This document shows positions 1 to 13,837 of a stretch of 64,000 nt of DNA, piece after piece; position 1 is the first letter of the stretch, and each line of letters starts with the position of its first letter. The notes under the pieces were generated by a model. It saw nothing but the letters and a program-made list of their open reading frames with translations, made no database searches and was not told the origin of the DNA. The stretch spans positions 3,224,001 through 3,288,000 of the forward strand of contig OZ024758.1 in NCBI GenBank assembly GCA_964016885.1, written 5' to 3'. This DNA comes from Eledone cirrhosa (taxonomy: Eukaryota). A program made the translations under genes and the position numbers.

Positions 1-31
1 GTATAGTATCTGGTACCTCTCTATAACTACC

Positions 32-641
<610 letters not shown>

Positions 642-1419
642 TTATGTAAAGGCATTAATCATTATCTCTACGCTTATCAATATTCTAATTAGTCATTTTG
701 GGATTGAAAACCATAAAACAGAGACCAAATTTCTTTTAGTAAACTCACCTCCTATAATTTTGGAAACTATGTTTGCAATGATTTAGTTACCTTTGCTTTC
801 AGTTCTGTAATATTTTGTGTCTTTTCTGACCTCAGTATTCACACAGTAAAGTACATGAAACATGATAGTGGGTACATATTAATGAATCAATGTTACCAAA
901 GTATATTTCATAGGTTATACAATCTGCTCAATGTATCTAATCCTTCTATAGATCATATGTGTTTGAAAAACAAATGATATTACTTTCGATTTCCTAACGC
1001 TCATTGTATCTCTAGGCTGTCAAAACCATACAGTACATGCGCCATTTTAATAAAACTGAGTATATTTCAATCGTTTATGTATTATTCCAATTACATTAGT
1101 CACTTGTCAATAATAGTATGAAGCATCTATCTTATTATATTCCAGATAAAAATAAAATAGTTTATTTCATAAAACAATATCTTGAGAGTCGTTCCATAAC
1201 AATAGCAGTAGGGACCAAGTGTATTTAATGTGTCTGGTTAAGTACTACAATGTCAGGTGCTATCCACCATAATCTGAAAACCTTGGAAATACATCAGTCA
1301 GCGCATTATTTATCGCATGGCATGTTTCTGCAACCGGTGTAAAACAGACACCTAGCCTATAGATGAACTTAGTTCGAAGTTGTGGGTATATAATCTGGGT
1401 ATACATATATGTATATATA

Positions 1420-1552
1420 GGAAAAGAGTCAGGGACCCGACGGCTGGGCTCCGACCGTTTGGACAGCTAGTTCGGATATGTCGAAATGGCCGGAGCTCAG
1501 ACGTCAGGATCCTGGCTCTTTCCCTGTTACCTACTCTACTAACCTTCAGTAC

Positions 1553-1587
<35 letters not shown>

Positions 1588-1670
1588 AGAGACATGTCCC
1601 CAACGGCTGAACCCCGGCCGTTTCGACACCTAAATCCGAACTCTGGTATCTTACCACACCCTCTTTGTTA
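1420..1670 (+). mobile_element. Two copies of a fold-back short element family (family H), likely Penelope-like pLTR fragments in (TA)n
   Basis: Imperfect inverted repeat 1420-1525; homologous to 7348-7540 and 25595-25800; contains an HHR-like 3' half (CGAAA...GAGCTC...GTC). Confidence 0.6.
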
Positions 1671-2475
1671 TATATATATATAGAGAGAGATAGATAATTG
1701 GAGAGCGAGATTCTTAAATGTATATGTACGCATATATGTGTGTGTACATGAGTATGCTACATGTGTTCGTGAATGTGATGTGTGTCTGTTCAGACGTTTC
1801 AGGGGAAATAATTTATCTAATAAATAACAATAGCGTCGGATAAAATGGCAACATTTGTTTTATTAACATATAATTATCTTTTGTGGATCTACAATTGAAC
1901 TTCCCGCTCTTTGTAGTTTATATTACGTGCTTCATTAACCCTTTTCAATATTTCCCATACATGCATTGTTCTTTCAATTAGAGCTGAGAAAGTATGTATC
2001 GATACAAGCTCAGCAACAATTATTGCCTCATTACTGTGGATAACTAGGCAAATAGAAAAAAGAAATAATGTGTAAAAGCGAAGAAATCATTTTGGACTGA
2101 CTCATTATAGCGGCCGCATACTCAGCATGATTAAAGCTAAAAATTAAGTTTGTTTTCTTAAGATGTTATACGTGTGAGCTAATAAGAGGAGGCTAATATG
2201 ACAAATGCTGTCTGAAATAATGAGAATCTCATATATTTTATGGCGAAATAAAATGTTTTAGAATTGTTGCGATACATTATTTTTAATACATAGACACTTG
2301 CCTGGAGTCGGTATAGCAACACGTGTTCTATAGTTCCATGGATTCAGATCAAATTCGTCAAAGATCGAATCATTTGTTATCATTGCTCTCAAACGAATTA
2401 ATAGCAAACTAGAACTGCTTTATGAAATTTGTCCATTCTTTTGATCGACATATAAGTGCGTGAAATAACGCGCAT

Positions 2476-2533
<58 letters not shown>

Positions 2534-2536
<3 letters not shown>

Positions 2537-2760
2537 AGGGTGTGTAATGTGAAGTTACTGTAATTTCGCCCAGGTGAGCACTCGCTGATTAGGTTCACGT
2601 CAGTATCGAGGTTTAGAGCTAGATTGAGTGTAATATGATAATACAAGGACGATCGGTGATGCGCGTTTCGCTATTGGTCAGCTGAAGGTTCAACCTGTAT
2701 CGACCAGGCCCGACTCTAGAATAAAAAAGCTCGTCGGACCTCTGTTGTAGTAATGACAGA
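2534..2760 (-). mobile_element. Short HHR-bearing element ending at (TA)n (family E)
   Basis: Homologous to 46941-47190; minus-strand 3' end CACACCCTGGA abuts (TA)n. Confidence 0.7.
2655..2740 (-). ncRNA. Degenerate type I hammerhead ribozyme with long stem II
   Basis: Minus strand: GGT-CCGACGA-GCT...AGC-GAAA-CGCGCA-TC-ACC; stem I GGT/ACC; core has U4>C. Confidence 0.55.
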
Positions 2761-4641
2761 ATATATATGCGTATGGAAGTTATGAAAGAATCGTAATTTA
2801 TAAAAGCAAATTTAAATTTGTTCATAGCAGATTATGATTTTCTGTCGTAGTCCATGTCCACAGCCTGTTTTCTACTTTAAGATATATGCAAATTTAAGCA
2901 ACTTCCTTACAATGTTCAAAGTCATTGTATTCAACATTTTATGCAACTTCATTACAATGTTCAAAGTCATTGTATGCCTATCTTTTGAGTGAGGGGAACA
3001 TCGTGTTTCTACACATTATATTACATTTAAAAGAAAATGGAAATTACAGTTTCCAAATACATTACATATCATAGCATTAGTTTCTTTATAGTATCATATG
3101 AACGTTAGATTTGCATTACAGTTGTATTTAAACACAATGAACTATACAATATTATGTAGACACAATGAACTATATATTTTGTAGATAAAAGGAAATATAC
3201 AGTCTTATATAGATACAATGATATATACTCTAGTATGTTGAAACAAGGATCTATACATGAGAAAATGATTAAAGGACAAATTTATGTAAGAAATTATTTC
3301 ATCATGATTTCATGAAATAATATATAATAAAACAATTCTATTCCTGATGTACATGCCAGAATTTTCATTCTGTGAATTTATTTTTAATATATATGTATTC
3401 AATTGTGTTTACGATGTGTATACATTGTAAGAAACTTATATTTTCATTTGAAAATAAATATATTTAAAGAAGATAGTCTTCAAGCATGGCGAACTTTCAA
3501 TTAACGAAACTTGCAACAGAAAAGCAGTATGGTTTATTATCATATGCGGTATATTATGTTTCTTACTGAAATATAATACAGAAAAGTTAAGTGACAACTC
3601 GTATTCCAATCAATTTCTGTTTGTTCTACGATGTATCAGATACGAGATTCATTAGTAAATGTTAGTTATGTCATTGGTGAAATAATTCTTTCAATGAACA
3701 AATATTATTTCGAAAATGATATTTGTTATACACAGATACTTCATACATAAAGCTAAATTATATTTACGTTATTTCTACTTTCTGAAAAGTTTTATTGTTA
3801 CATCTATAAAAATATTCGGTTTTGATTATTTACAGTTCATGGCAGGCGAATGTTCAAATCAGAATATATCGTATATTTGGGATACAAGTAGACATTTGTG
3901 ATTAAAATCAATAATTCAAATGATAAAGCTCAATTCTATGATTTGTTTGGCATCTATCAAATTTTGACGACGGATATTCACGACTCCATATGTCTATAAT
4001 ATATCTATGCCAAATCGCATTTTATAAATTCAGGATCTACGGCAAACTTCTACATAGAAAACCCCAAATAATATTGAAATATATCAGAAAGTTAGTTACA
4101 TTCAAGTCATTCAGAAGATGAACATTTTCTGTAAAAGAATATTGTTTCCTAATGTGTGTTTAATGTTCCCCGCATTACAAATACACTCCTATCTGTGTCA
4201 TCCATACTCTTCACTCACCTGACCTCACAAATTTATCTTTCTTCCAAGTGGCCGCAGGACACTAACTTCCTCCCTTATGAATGTATTTACCTGACACCGA
4301 AGCTGTAATTATTAGGGGTATTCGGTTGTTTTAACAGCGATTCATTGTGTTTGAGATTCCAATTCTTCTATGGACCTCACAGACACCCCCTTGCATATAT
4401 ATACAGAGAGAGAGAGAGATAGAGAGAGAGAGATTGGTATGAGGCCCGTAGAAGTACCAGGTGACAAATTAATGCTATGTTTTAATCACTACTGGAAGAA
4501 TAGTGGCACAAAATTTGAGAGCTTGGCATGCGTTTCTCAGGGGCAAAAATAATGAAAAAAAAATTTCTTCAATTTCTTTAGTCCATTAGCCTTAAATCCT
4601 TGTGTTTTCTTGGGGATTCACATCTTTTAAATCGTAATTTT

Positions 4642-4701
4642 ATGTCCTGTCGATACGTTAGTGTTTCTTGGTAACATTGAAATCGAAACGTTCGTAGACG
4701 T
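4642..4701 (+). ncRNA. Type I hammerhead ribozyme, core variant CUGUCGA
   Basis: ATGTC-CTGTCGA-[TTAGTGTT/AACATTGA stem II]-GAAA-CGTTCG-TA-GACGT; lies about 37 nt upstream of a (TA)n tract. Confidence 0.6.
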
Positions 4702-4736
4702 TGATAAGAAGATTTAACGTAACTTTGTTTGTAATT

Positions 4737-4800
<64 letters not shown>

Positions 4801-4808
<8 letters not shown>

Positions 4809-5146
4809 ATACTTGGAGAGGGTCATATTGTTGTAATTTGCCAGGAATAATAGCAGAACACACTCACTGTTTGGTTGGTTTTCGCTTCTGTATCTGTTAT
4901 ATCTCCACAGATAATTCATTTGGCAATCAATGTTTATCATTGATTGACCAGCGGTTAAAAATAGACACACATTATATATATATATATATATAGTCTATCA
5001 AAGTTCTTTCGTTGCACATCTGCAATATCATCGGTGGTACTAATATGTTTTCTCCTGTTGTATTGTATGTCTACGCCCTTTTTATTTGTATTAAAAGTAT
5101 AACAATATTGGTTTCGACACACGATTTCTTATCAAAAACCTTGCAA

Positions 5147-5153
<7 letters not shown>
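4801..5153. mobile_element. HHR-bearing short element (family A) with inverted body and a short 3' terminal piece
   Basis: 4801-5090 is the reverse complement of 39712-40016; 5095-5153 repeats AAGTATAACAATAT in the opposite orientation and extends it; flanked by (TA)n. Confidence 0.7.
4997..5038 (-). ncRNA. Degenerate minimal hammerhead ribozyme
   Basis: Minus strand: ACCA-CCGATGA-T-ATTGCA-GATG-TGCAAC-GAAA-GAAC-TT-TGAT; paralog of 39769-39810. Confidence 0.6.
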
Positions 5154-5186
<33 letters not shown>

Positions 5187-5197
5187 TAATAATAATA

Positions 5198-5265
5198 AAT
5201 GTGAAGATCCCGTTAAGGGTGAAACCAGTGATTCTTTGCTTAGACTTTAATCTGTTACTTTAATA
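5198..5265 (+). mobile_element. Short HHR-like element (family D)
   Basis: GTGAAGA-T-CCC-GTTAA-GGG-T-GAAA-CCAGTG; homologous to 27692-27760 and 37151-37266. Confidence 0.55.
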
Positions 5266-6309
5266 AATATATACTTTATATATATATATATATATATATG
5301 TATGCATATATTTCACACATTCGGAGATGATTAAGAGCATAGGACGACAGGGACACATAATTATGCTGGTAGATATCTAGTTCAAATAGAAGCAATCGAC
5401 TCCAAATGAGAATCAACAAAGGGTAACATATATGTGCCAAAAGTATTATTTCTATAAATTAAACCAGAATTAACATCCGTAAGTCTAAATGGTTCTTAAA
5501 AATGTATTAATTATTTATATATTTAATTTACGTCTCGAGGGTTATTTCCATTTCATGATTATACATGACTATGTAAATTATATTCTCATTGTGATGATTA
5601 AAATCCCACCATTGCCCTCTTTCTGTTTCTGATTAGATATTTTAGTAATAGAATAGTTTTAATTTTATATGTTATCACATACATCCCCAGGTAAGCAAAA
5701 GTAATTTTCTTTAAATAGATACTTAACCCTTCAAAATTTGCATTTAATAACTTATTAGATAGATCTTAAACTAATTCCACATTTTTTTTGTATTAAATAT
5801 GCATGTAATCCAGGATTGCAATTAATATCTTATTCCACACATCGGTGGTTAAACCTGTCTTATTGTATATTGTTTTAATTAACGATTCTTCTGGCAAAAT
5901 TTGCTTTTAATCATTCATTTCATATATCGTTAGGAAACTTCTTTTGTTAATGTTTCTACTTTTTATTCTTCTAACACATAGTGAGAGGATCGTGGAGTTA
6001 GAATATTTGGAAACAAGATCTAGTGCGACCCACCAGAAGCAACCGTCTCCAATGGATAATGGTATTAGAGCGGTGTTCTGTCAAATTCGAGAAGAAATAG
6101 CTTTATATTGGGTGAAAAACGCATGTTGGAACTAAGCACACTCTCGAGTAACGTTAGTTCAAAGCCATTTCGGATCCGATCAGCCCTATCTAAGTTGCGA
6201 TCTCCCGATCAGCCCTGTCTAAGTTGTGATCGCTCTATGACCATACATAAATATTTACAAGAATGGGGTACCGAAGATAGCTTATTTTTGTTTTTATACC
6301 TACATTAAT

Positions 6310-6620
6310 TCCTCTGATGACTGGATGCTGCGAAGTGCGCATAACTATAACAACTCTAGCAGATTTGCGTTTAATTTGGCCTGCTCTACCCCATCACTCA
6401 TGAACACGGCTCTGAGATACTTGAATATCTCCACCTCCTTCAGTGGTCTTCCACACATATGCAGAGTGCACTGCGGAGGCCTTTGTGAGGGAAAGAATGT
6501 TTCACTCGTCGCTGCATATTTTTGTTCGTCATGCATCAGTCACCAGCAAACTAATTCAGCACTTGTCAGAGATAAAATTCAGACAAGTTAAGTAGTACCA
6601 TGCAGTTTGCAAATTCCTGT
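6310..6620 (-). mobile_element. Degenerate RTE-clade LINE reverse transcriptase fragment
   Basis: Minus-strand peptide LHMCGRPLKEVEIFKYLRAVFMSDG resembles the LEEVxxFKYLG RT motif. Confidence 0.55.
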
Positions 6621-7184
6621 CGCCTGATGCAACACTCACTGGTTTTGATACCACTTTCAACTAGGTTTTGCATGCCAATTTGTTCGAGAAGATTATGGAC
6701 AGGAGAGGTGATGCTAAGTATTCATAATATCTGTTTAATTCCGTCTTCATATTTAAATGTTCGGAAGAGTATAATTTCAAGAATTGTGGAATCTATGTAA
6801 TTAGTTATTAGTGCTTGAGCACTACGAAATAGTCTGGATGTTGACAATTGATTGGTTGTAGTAACGTATTTTAAAAAAGTCCTACAGGATTGCTCCAAAT
6901 TTTTCAATGTTATTTGTCATTTGTTGCCAGAGACTGAAATATGGTGAATACATGTTCATTTTTAATTATATTTTCTACAAGGTTTCTTTACAATAACATA
7001 TTTCTTCAGAACAAAAAACACTCAAATCATTCGTCTGATGCAACGTACTCACGTTTATTGAAATAAGGAATCCTATTTTGTTTTAAATTCGGAGTTCAAA
7101 TCGAATGACGCCGGCTTCAAATTCACTGTTGATCTATATAAATCAACTGACTATAGATAAATATATATATATATATATATATAT

Positions 7185-7325
7185 GACAAGTACGTATGTT
7201 TTGAAACAGCGAGCAAGTTTGAAATTAGAAATAGAAGCATTCGCTGTATTATTTTATAAAGACATTTTATCCTAATAATGGGATTTAGAACCGTCTAAAA
7301 AATGGAAAAGTATGAATATTGACGT
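7185..7325 (+). mobile_element. Short (TA)n-embedded element; inverted paralog at 9193-9338
   Basis: GAAACAGCGAG...AAATGGAAAAG...TATTGACG is shared with the reverse complement of 9193-9338. Confidence 0.55.
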
Positions 7326-7347
7326 ATATATCTATCTCTATATATAT

Positions 7348-7993
<646 letters not shown>

Positions 7994-8914
7994 ATAACTT
8001 AATGTACAAATACAGTTATATATAAAATGTTTTGTTTGCGGGAAGTGGTTCCATTGTATTAATACTCTAAAACCATGCCTTTCATGTACGTGACAGCTAT
8101 CGTCGCCCTTAAATGTAACACACAGAAATATATGAGAGTTATAAGAGCTATGTTTTCATGTTATACCTTTGCACAGTAAACGTTTATTTCGAGTGGAAAA
8201 AAGTGAAAAAAATTAAATTAACAACAATACGGATAAATAAATGCCGAGAATATTTGTTTTGGCTTCGTATTATTTACGGAAAACATCAAACAAGTTTTAG
8301 AAGTTAAACACATTCTTAATAAACAGACTTTATATGTTTCTAAGAGAGAAAAGAAAAAAAAACGCTGCCTTAAGGAAAAGCGATTTCCACTATATTGAAC
8401 AGACAAAGCAGGAATAAATTGTAGAAGGGTGAAGAATATGAAATTTGAAATATTATTCCGAAAAGCAGAGGAGTTTGTAAGAGTTCCTATGTAACTTGAG
8501 AAAAGTGTATGTCAAAATAACAAGTTATGGTCAAGGAAGATTTATAAACCATTATACAACAAAATCAATAATTTCTTACGTTTAGAGTTGCATCAAGAGA
8601 GGAAATCAATATCGAGAGAATAGCAGAAGATATATTATTGGAATATATATTATAGGTGATTGATTGATACGTATATATATATATATATATATATACAAAG
8701 ATAGAGACGAAGCTATATAGAAATATTAAGAGTAATACATGTGAAATAAATATATAAATAAATAAATATATATACGTATATATACATCTGCACATTATAT
8801 ATATATGCATTTGTATATATATATTTTTTTTTGTTGACATTTAATTACATAATAAACAACACAATATAATTATTCCATTACCACAAGTTTCAAGAAGCTA
8901 GACTATTCTTATAG

Positions 8915-8967
8915 AAATGGCTTCTACGGGACTAGATCTGTTTCATCCAAAATGTATCATCAGAAAT
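8915..8967 (-). ncRNA. Degenerate hammerhead ribozyme (family C)
   Basis: Minus strand: TTT-CTGATGA-TACATTTTGGAT-GAAA-CAGATCTAGTCCCG-TA-GAA; paralog of 10033-10077. Confidence 0.55.
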
Positions 8968-9192
8968 ATACTGTATTTATGTGTGTTGTGTATATGGTTG
9001 TCTGTGTTCGTACAAATGTGTATTGAGTGAAAGCATATATACTTGTGATTGTGTGTATATATGTATGAGTATGTATGTGTGTGTATATATGTGGGAGTAT
9101 GTATGTGTGTGTATGTATGTGTGTGTATGCATGTGTCTGTGTGTAGGTATATGTATATATATATATAGCTATGCCTGTGATATATATATATC

Positions 9193-9337
9193 GTACGTCA
9201 ATACATCTTTTTCCATTTCTCCGGGGGTTCTTAACCACACTATCAGGCTAAAAAAATTATTTAATTTCTTTAGTCAAAATACGGCGATAGCTTACATTTC
9301 TAATAATTCCTAACCCACTCGCTGTTTCGAAAATATT

Positions 9338-9338
<1 letters not shown>
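9193..9338 (-). mobile_element. Short (TA)n-embedded element, paralog of 7185-7325
   Basis: Reverse-complement similarity seen by eye. Confidence 0.55.
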
Positions 9339-9399
<61 letters not shown>

Positions 9400-9920
9400 C
9401 ATGTATATGCCTGTGTTTGTGTCCTACATCGAGAAGGATATATATTCCATCTCGTCTTTACGATGGTCACTAAAAAATGACTAAGGTTATCTCCCTTTAA
9501 CTTGTATGTAAATAAATGAAATCATGTGAACACCTACCTGGATGTGTGCGACGATATACTGGCACTTATGTAATGCGTTTTGTCATTTTACTCAATAATA
9601 TTTAACTCCTTTCTCGCACCACCAAAATGATTCATCGTCAAAGATGGATGAGTTGCATTTTCAGTGCTTTTCCTATTATTACATCATGGTTGGGTATACG
9701 GAAAGACCAGTTCTATTCAGTGGTGAACCACCAAAGTTAAATGGATATATATATATATATATATATTGTTATACTTTGGGAGGGTCATGTTGCCAATAAG
9801 AAACACACGCACCAGTTGCTTTCACTTCAATTTATTATATATTTATAAATTTATAAATTTACAAACTTACAAATTTCTGGTTGGTTGGTTGGTTCCACAA
9901 CCAGATAGTTGTTTATATAT

Positions 9921-9965
9921 AGTCATAGTCCTTTCGTCACACACTCTGTGACCTCTTCAGTGACT
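9921..9965 (-). ncRNA. Minimal type I hammerhead ribozyme, intact core
   Basis: Minus strand: AGTCA-CTGAAGA-G-GTCACA-GAGTG-TGTGAC-GAAA-GGAC-TA-TGACT; 5-bp stem I, 6-bp stem II. Confidence 0.8.
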
Positions 9966-10032
9966 GGGGATTCCTTTCTTTGTTTCTGTGCCTTTCCTTT
10001 CTTCTATCTTACGCCATTTTGTTTCTGTGTGT

Positions 10033-10077
10033 TTCCTGATGATTTCTAAAGAATGAAACAGTTCTAGTCCTGTAGAA
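10033..10077 (+). ncRNA. Type I hammerhead ribozyme, intact core
   Basis: TTC-CTGATGA-T-TTC-TAAA-GAA-T-GAA-ACAG-TTCTAGTC-CTGT-A-GAA; predicted GUA cleavage after 10074. Confidence 0.7.
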
Positions 10078-11007
10078 TCTCATCTATTTTAAAACTGTTA
10101 TACTCTGCTATGTATTGAGTACCTTACTTACTGTGGTTACCTCCGATTCAACCCGGAATAACGTATATATATATATATATATAATATACGTAAATACAAT
10201 TTGGATATTTTATTTGCCTGAGTAAATTGCATTTCAACGTTCCGGGTGAAAATCTGTATCAACAGTAATATAAGCGCATTTGTTTCTTTCGAAATGAATG
10301 AATACTACATTTCAGGAAATTATATACTGAGATTGGGGACTTTCAGGCTTTTTCGAAATGACAATTCGGGGAAATTAAATGAATTGTTCGAAACATGTTC
10401 CATATGTGCTGTTCGCAATCAATCTCGCTGGGGGCTTAACACTTTCATTATTGCATACGTCAGGAGAATTGAAAATGTTGATGTAATCTAAAGTATATAT
10501 TGATGTTTTCTGCCAAGGTAATATGGAAGTAAATGATAAAAAGAAAAACTATATTTCGTATATTAAAATATTTTCGATTTTAATAGAAATAAATGTGTCG
10601 TTTACTTGATTTCACGATGTGAAAAATAGCAACTCGTTCTACACATTTCCCTGGAATTTTAAGAATATAATTCTTCCATTGTATATTCCTTTGGAAAGAT
10701 ATCCCGACACGTTTATTATTTGGAGGTATCACGTGATAATTCATATCTTTTTTTGTCGTTTTCACTTATATATATTTAAAGGAAATTTATTATATATGAA
10801 ATCCTATATGTACCCACATATCTTTGGTGAATTTATGTTCACCCTCACTCTCTCTCCTCCATTCCTCATTCTGCGCTTTTGTCTAGCTCTGTATTTCTTA
10901 CACTATGTTTACATGTATGCACACGCATACAGAGAGAGAGAGAGAGAGAGAAAGAGAAAGAGAAAGAGAGAGAGAGAGAGAGAGGCAGACAGAGATAGCG
11001 TGGGTGA

Positions 11008-11240
11008 GAGAGAGTTGATGCCACAACAAATTAGCTAACCATAATCGAGGACACGCGTTTCACTGGAGGGATTTTTGTCATGTGTGTATGCATCGGTTAA
11101 AGATCCCTCAGATGAAACACTTGTCCTTGAATATGCTTTGCTAATTTGTTGAGGAGCTAACTCTGTACCGAACTAGACGTTTGGACTCAGTGTTCTACCA
11201 ACTTTGGATATATCCACTCGGTTTTTGTACCACCATCAAA
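11008..11240 (+). mobile_element. Old fold-back element with HHR-like remnants
   Basis: Imperfect inverted repeat about 11010-11165; arms contain ATCCCTC...TGAAAC...TGTC. Confidence 0.45.
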
Positions 11241-11249
11241 ACGAGTGTC

Positions 11250-11587
11250 CTACCATTTGATGGCTCAGACCGTTGATAATTACCTCCTAACTGTTGTGTT
11301 ATATGGTCTTGACTGTGTTAATTGGACGACAAGGTCACTTCAGAAGCTCATTACATTCCAGAAGCACATCATGAGACTTATGACAGCAAGCGGCTTTTCA
11401 AGCCAAGATTATTCAAGCTATACGGCCATATGAAAAGATGAACTCGTGGTGTGAGTGGGTTATGGCTGGTAAGAGAAGCAGAGGCCGGCAGCCAAAACGA
11501 TGTCTTGACAATGTCAATTCATGGACAGGGCTTGAACTTTGGTATTTGAACTCTGCTGCTGGTGATCGAACGGTATTATGTATTCCT
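11250..11587 (+). mobile_element. RTE-clade LINE 3' fragment (internally deleted)
   Basis: Peptide LLTVVLYGLDCVNWT...FQKHIMRLMT and a KRSRGRQPKR motif; paralog of 34885-35648. Confidence 0.7.
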
Positions 11588-12204
11588 CAGATAACTCAGA
11601 TATGATACAACGATAAAGAAATTTCTCACTGAAACAATTACTAATTTAAAAGTAGAGTTTATCGTCGGAATTAATTAAACCTTACTTTAGAAAGACTGAA
11701 AGAAGTGTCAACTAAAGTTTTCACCTCAAAGACATACTCTTATGTATGAAAGAGGAGAGGCTATAAATAGTACAACATTATATCTATTTCCAACAGATTC
11801 ATTATATATTCTATATGAAAATAGGCAGAGCTCAACAACCGCATAAAAAAGCTGTTTCCAATAGACGTCTCTAAGTTGTAGCAGATAATACAGTTTTACT
11901 TAGTATGCAGTATATCACTTTTCATTTTAAAGGCAACATAACATAAGGTTAGTGTTGTTAATCTCTTCTAATGTATTAAATTCCCACATGGCCTATAAAT
12001 GTGTCGTTACATATTTACTATTCGTGATTTTATCATCAGGCAACGAATGTATATTAACGATAATTCCAAATGTTTGATGTTAGTGTAATATCAATAGACA
12101 CGTTGTAAACACCAATTTAATGGTTCCCCGATGCCTACCAATGATAGCCATTATCCTCTCCACGTAGATATACAGAAACATACATAGACATATATATATA
12201 CATG

Positions 12205-13062
12205 CATTAATACTTACCATATATGTATATATTACCTATATACACATAAATGCACACATCAATACTTACTATATATGTATATATACACACATCAATACTT
12301 ACTATATATGTATATATACACACATCAATACTTACTATATATGTATATATACACACATCAATACTTACTATATATGTATATATACACACATCAATACTTA
12401 CTATATATGTATATATACACACATCAATACTTACTATATATGTATATATACACATCAATACTTACTATATATGTATATATACACATCAATACTTACTATA
12501 TATGTATATATACACATCAATACTTACTATATATATATATATTTTACCTATATACACATATATGCACACATCAATACTTACTATATATGTATATATACAC
12601 ATCAATACTTACTATATATGTATATATACACATCAATACTTACTATATATGTATATACACACACATCAATACTTACTATATATGTATATGTTACTTATAT
12701 ATATACATATATGCACACATCAATACTTACTATACATGTATATACACACACATCAATACTTACTATATATGTATATATACATGCATCAATACTTACTATA
12801 TATGTATATATACATGCATCAATACTTACTATATATGTATATATACACACATCAATGCTTACTATATATGTATATGTTACTTATATACACATATATACAT
12901 ACATCAATACTTACTATATATGTATATATACACAATTCAATGCTTACTATATATGTATATGTTACTTGTATACACATATAAACACACATCAATACTTACT
13001 ATATATGTATATGTTACTTATATTCACATATATACACACATCAATACTTACTATATATGTAT
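12205..13062. repeat. ~31-33-bp minisatellite (CACACATCAATACTTACTATATATGTATATATA)
   Basis: About two dozen visible tandem units with variants. Confidence 0.95.
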
Positions 13063-13565
13063 GGTGGTGGCTGCCAACTCGTTTTCGAGTACGGCCACTA
13101 CTTTATATCCATGTAGGAGAAACCCTACCGATGCGCTGAACGAGTGTGACTTCTTAGTCCAGCCAGAGACTTGAAAACTCTGGTACAAACACTACACTTG
13201 TGACAATTATTGACACATAGGGCTGGGCCCATGGTACCATGTGACAACAAGTGCAGAGAGATCTCCAGATATAAAGCAATGCTTGTGCCGTGAAGCTTTT
13301 ATAGTGAGCGAAGGCACTGCACAAAGCCAGTCCCACTCTCTTAACCAGGATGATATTTACCAAAAAGAAGAACAAGTCAACATCATTAGATACCATCAAT
13401 GTTGCAGGTGTTATATCAGAGTTTTCCTTCTCCTAGAATTCTGCCACACATATATACACACAATAATACTTACCATATATGTATATATTACATATAAGTA
13501 TATATCCATGCATGCATGTGGGGTTATATATAAATGTATGCATGTGTGTAGTTGTCCATGTATGC

Positions 13566-13631
<66 letters not shown>

Positions 13632-13837
13632 GTTCACGCAAGCACACCCATATATTTGCGTGTGTGCGTATGCAAGTATATACATATATATATATATATC
13701 CTCGCACACTTGATTTATTGGCAAATAACTTGTTATATAGCTGGTTATCAATTGCAACTGCTTATATACAGTGCATGCCTTCTGGTGAACAGGTTTACAT
13801 TACAGAAGGGAATAATTATTTCGAAGTAAAAATTGTT

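Larger units (their letters stand above)
9763..10163. mobile_element. Back-to-back composite of HHR family B (minus) and family C (plus) elements in (TA)n
   Basis: 9763-9990 matches the reverse complement of 52580-52817; 10033-10163 matches 47661-47799 and 8915-8967. Confidence 0.7.

Noticed and set aside
6314-6345. CTGATGA...CGAAGTGCGCA possible hammerhead
   Set aside because: No GAAA, poor stems, and it lies in an RTE fragment.
12205-13062. CRISPR-like appearance of ~33-bp repeats (also 48669-48925)
   Set aside because: Units are contiguous with no unique spacers, no cas genes, and the context is eukaryotic.
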